From the NCBI GenBank assembly GCA_963716725.1, contig CAVQUB010000008.1, positions 224,001 through 288,000 on the forward strand: a stretch of 64,000 bases of DNA. The letters are read 5' to 3'. The position numbers and the translations under genes were made by a program. This DNA comes from an uncultured delta proteobacterium (GTDB lineage Bacteria; Myxococcota_A; Polyangia; Polyangiales; Polyangiaceae). Under the pieces are notes generated by a model, which worked only from the letters and a program-made list of their open reading frames with translations, was not told where the DNA came from and did no database searches. Of the stretch, positions 61,901 through 64,000 are shown piece after piece. Positions within the stretch are counted from its first letter, which is position 1; each line of letters opens with the position of its first letter.

Positions 61901-62896
61901 CGTCGTCTCCAGAAAGTCCACCGCGTCGTCGGGCAGGCTGATCGGCGCAATGCGCCTGGTCTCGAGCAGCTCAGCCAAGTCTTCGGACGCGTAGCGCGTG
62001 CCCGAAGCGTAGCGCTGGGCGACGAGCTCTTCGTAGAGCTCGGCGCTCGAGGCGTGGCGGCGCGTGGGATCGAAGGACAGCGCGCGGCCGACGAGATCGA
62101 GGACGCCTGTTGGCAAATCGGGGCGGAGTGCGGAGAGCTTGGGCCAGCTGCCCCGCTCCAGCACGGCCCAGGTTTCTGCCGCGCTCGCCTGCTCGAAGGG
62201 GTGCGTGCCCGAAAGTAAGTGATGAAGGAGGGTGCCGACCGCGAATACATCGCTCGCGGCGCTGGGTTGCCGCCCGTGGGTCAACTCGGGGCTCGCATTG
62301 CGGAGCTTGTCCGGGAGTCGGGGATCGTCCAAGGGGCGATCGCCAGCGTGATCCCAGAGCGCGCGCATCACGCAAAAATCCGAGACCTTCACCTCGCCGT
62401 CCCACGACAGCAGCACGTTCTCGGCGCCGAGGTCGCCGTGAACCACGTTCAGCAGTTCGAAGCTCTCGTCGCGTCGGCGGTGGGCGTGATCGAGCGCTTT
62501 GGCGATCTCGGAGGCGACGAACAGAGAAAAGCCGAGCGGTGCGGGTGTGTTCGCGTCCAGCCAAGGCCGAATCACGCTGGCGAGGCTCCGTCCCGCCACG
62601 TGCTCCATCGCCAGGTAGAGCTTCGCTTCGCGCGGGTCCTCGACGCGCCCGAGGTCGAAGACCTGCACCACGTTGGCGTGGCTCAAGCGGACCGCGAGCT
62701 GCGCCTCGCGCACGAAGCGCTCGACGAATTTCTCGTCGCGCGCGAGGGCGGGCAAGAGCACCTTGACGACGAGGGTCTTCTCGAAGCCCTCGACGCCGAA
62801 GCTCTTGGCGCGCCAGACGGAGGTGAGGGACCCCTCGCCGATGCGTTCCACGAGCTGGTATCTGCCGATAGTCGCGAGTGGGTCGGCGTCGCCCAT
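58994..62896 (-). CDS. Divergent Ser/Thr (pseudo)kinase / STAND ATPase / TPR protein
   Basis: HGDLGAEN, SDFC; Walker A GPHGIGKT; Walker B FAWDD; GHPMF; TPRs; start set at ATG 62896. Confidence 0.88.
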   Translation of the reverse strand: MGDADPLATIGRYQLVERIGEGSLTSVWRAKSFGVEGFEKTLVVKVLLPALARDEKFVERFVREAQLAVRLSHANVVQVFDLGRVEDPREAKLYLAMEHVAGRSLASVIRPWLDANTPAPLGFSLFVASEIAKALDHAHRRRDESFELLNVVHGDLGAENVLLSWDGEVKVSDFCVMRALWDHAGDRPLDDPRLPDKLRNASPELTHGRQPSAASDVFAVGTLLHHLLSGTHPFEQASAAETWAVLERGSWPKLSALRPDLPTGVLDLVGRALSFDPTRRHASSAELYEELVAQRYASGTRYASEDLAELLETRRIAPISLPDDAVDFLETTRSELRRPVELVLPLEPEREPSVLGALSELKHERELSILVTRLGARGARPEVREHLRELFTRYGGRLLQSSDDEFSAVFGLSVADSRDTENAVRAGLVAVRAYSGSCDLCVAVDLARLTVDDSGALIEDARVATAAAAARRLAATNLRRVVISATAAQNLRGQFELTAAKSIAKTYLVGEGRPVDATLGFVGRKNELRKLGDALKVAGRRQLQVVGLIGPHGIGKTRLLHEAIARISRGSFNIGCHIARCLPRGREEPQGALVAMLRAMCGVREGDPPSVIVAVEPRLRALGLIGVEVTAVLGALGAARGGADSAGALTGALSRMFASLAEDRLHIFAWDDAHELDEESGAALIQVAARLGSSRVLFVFAGRPRDDAPYRKVPGYTELAVDDLNEDDVRRLVAARLEVAEVPEELRTFVLERAGGHPMFVDELLREALESGAIVVEGASVERLALDGVLAVPRPLRALIVDRVRRLPELERDLLVAAAILGAPVDSSVLAAMLDLPIGKVSALADALIEKRLLVREDPVSLGFGTTFLPEVLAGELEPDARAELHRSAANAYPMVLAERTEQEASRIARHYAEAGERIRASGFYATSAFYHLGARRLERAAADFARAIDLSDWQTQAPTELAEWVRAWGQAVRHVRAGAKLPDVVQRLWLHLQSDSRFDPELAVRISVDLALILGALSRYKEALRLLASAITRAESMPALSQLVLMAEGELAARQGEFKLALAALERAKGLSLGDTKDEHRRLLATAQAAAAAGEYDEALSALDQARGLFAEGEEPVLALERAKVRALIHGFRGDWARCALESGTAAEQARGLGIPHEVAIHLHNQGDGLMRTDDLPRAYAALTRSLSVAERIGADRLVNLNQIMLAYLDALNGSDAALKLLGRKLAHAEAQKWTWDALSGRTLLGKLLARRGDAVGARRELALAKRMAQATANKLVLDDCDRALGDLAAAPKDATRAK

Positions 62897-62903
62897 CGGT
62901 CCT

Positions 62904-64000
62904 TCAGGCTTCGGCTTCGCCTTCGTCGCCGTACATCGCTTCGGCGATCTCGAAGGTCGCGTTCTCGAGCGTCGAGTACGTGTCTCGGAGCGTGGCCAAA
63001 TCCGCGCTGGCATCGATGGCGGTCTTGAGCGCCTTGAGCTTCTCGCTGACCCCGGCGACCTTCTCGGGACCCAGGAGGTCCCCGTAGCCTTCGAGCGCCT
63101 GCTCGGTGGTGTAGATCAGCGTGTCGCACTGGTTCTTCATCTCGGCCATGTCACGACGGAGCTGATCGGTCTCTTTGAACTTCTCGCCCTCTTGGACCAA
63201 ACCGTCGATCTCCTCCTGATCGAGCCCGCTGGTGGGCGTCACGCTGAGGCCCTGGGCCCGGTTGGTGCCCAGGTCTTTGGCTTCGACCGAGAGGATGCCG
63301 TTGGCGTCGATGCGAAACGTCACCTGAATCTTCGGCACTCCGCGGGGCGCGGGCGGGATGCCCGACAGCTCGAAGCGCGCCAGGCTGCGGTTGTTGGCCG
63401 CCATCTCACGCTCGCCCTGCAGCACGTGAATAGGCACGAAGTTTTGATTGTCGACGCTGGTGGTGAAGATCTCGCTCTTCTCGGTTGGGACCGTGGTGTT
63501 GCGTGGGATCAGCCGCGTGAACACACCGCCGCCGGTCTCGACGCCAATGGACAGCGGGGTGACGTCGAGCAGGAGCACCTCGTCGATGGCGCCGCCGAGC
63601 GCTGCCCCTTGCAACGCCGCGCCCATGGCCACGACCTCGTCCGGGTTGACGCCTTTGTGTGGGTCCTTTCCGAATAGATCTTTCACGGCCTTCTGCACCG
63701 CCGGCATTCGAGTCATGCCGCCGACCAAGACGATTTCGTCGATCTTGTCCGCCGTGACCTTGGCATCGGCCATCACCAGCTTGCACGAGGCGATGGTGCG
63801 TTCCACCAGCTCGCGGGTCAGCTGTTCGAGCTCGTTTCGCTTGAGCTTGCGCTCCAGGTGGAGCGGCCCCGCCTTTCCCGTGGCGATGAACGGGATGTTG
63901 ATGTCGGTCTCGAGCGACGACGAAAGCTCGTGCTTGGCGCGCTCGGCGGCTTCTTTGAGGCGCTGCAGGGCCATGCGGTCCTGCTTCAGGTCGATCCCGG
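62904..64000 (-). CDS. dnaK: Chaperone DnaK, 5' part outside the window
   Basis: [37 protein letters not shown]. Confidence 0.95.
   Translation of the reverse strand, partial: GIDLKQDRMALQRLKEAAERAKHELSSSLETDINIPFIATGKAGPLHLERKLKRNELEQLTRELVERTIASCKLVMADAKVTADKIDEIVLVGGMTRMPAVQKAVKDLFGKDPHKGVNPDEVVAMGAALQGAALGGAIDEVLLLDVTPLSIGVETGGGVFTRLIPRNTTVPTEKSEIFTTSVDNQNFVPIHVLQGEREMAANNRSLARFELSGIPPAPRGVPKIQVTFRIDANGILSVEAKDLGTNRAQGLSVTPTSGLDQEEIDGLVQEGEKFKETDQLRRDMAEMKNQCDTLIYTTEQALEGYGDLLGPEKVAGVSEKLKALKTAIDASADLATLRDTYSTLENATFEIAEAMYGDEGEAEA

Overview
High-GC bacterial DNA, most likely Myxococcota (Polyangiales-like). This is inferred from a MYXO-CTERM protein, six eukaryote-like Ser/Thr kinase genes, sigma-54 activators and a myxococcal PilZ protein. 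Housekeeping genes are proC, dnaJ, cobA/hemD, a serA-like dehydrogenase, yaeQ, prmA and partial dnaK. No rRNA, tRNA, CRISPR array or transposase was recognised. Highlights: (1) a translationally coupled operon of a circularly permuted lipoprotein serine hydrolase, a Zn-ribbon/lipobox peptide ending C-AYG-MPP and a PlpX-like (splicease-type) radical SAM/SPASM enzyme; (2) a TonB-ExbB-ExbD-ExbD-receptor-lipoprotein locus with four 11-bp-periodic Pho-box-like arrays, next to a broken PhoB-like regulator at a deletion or misassembly scar; (3) an SCP2-like gene abutting a protein with tail-fibre-like HNHD repeats; (4) an MBL hydrolase plus GAF sigma-54 activator with a -24/-12 promoter and an upstream activator site; (5) two kinase-STAND-TPR genes. 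Three single-base frameshifts may be sequencing errors. All family assignments come from motif recognition by eye, with no database searches.
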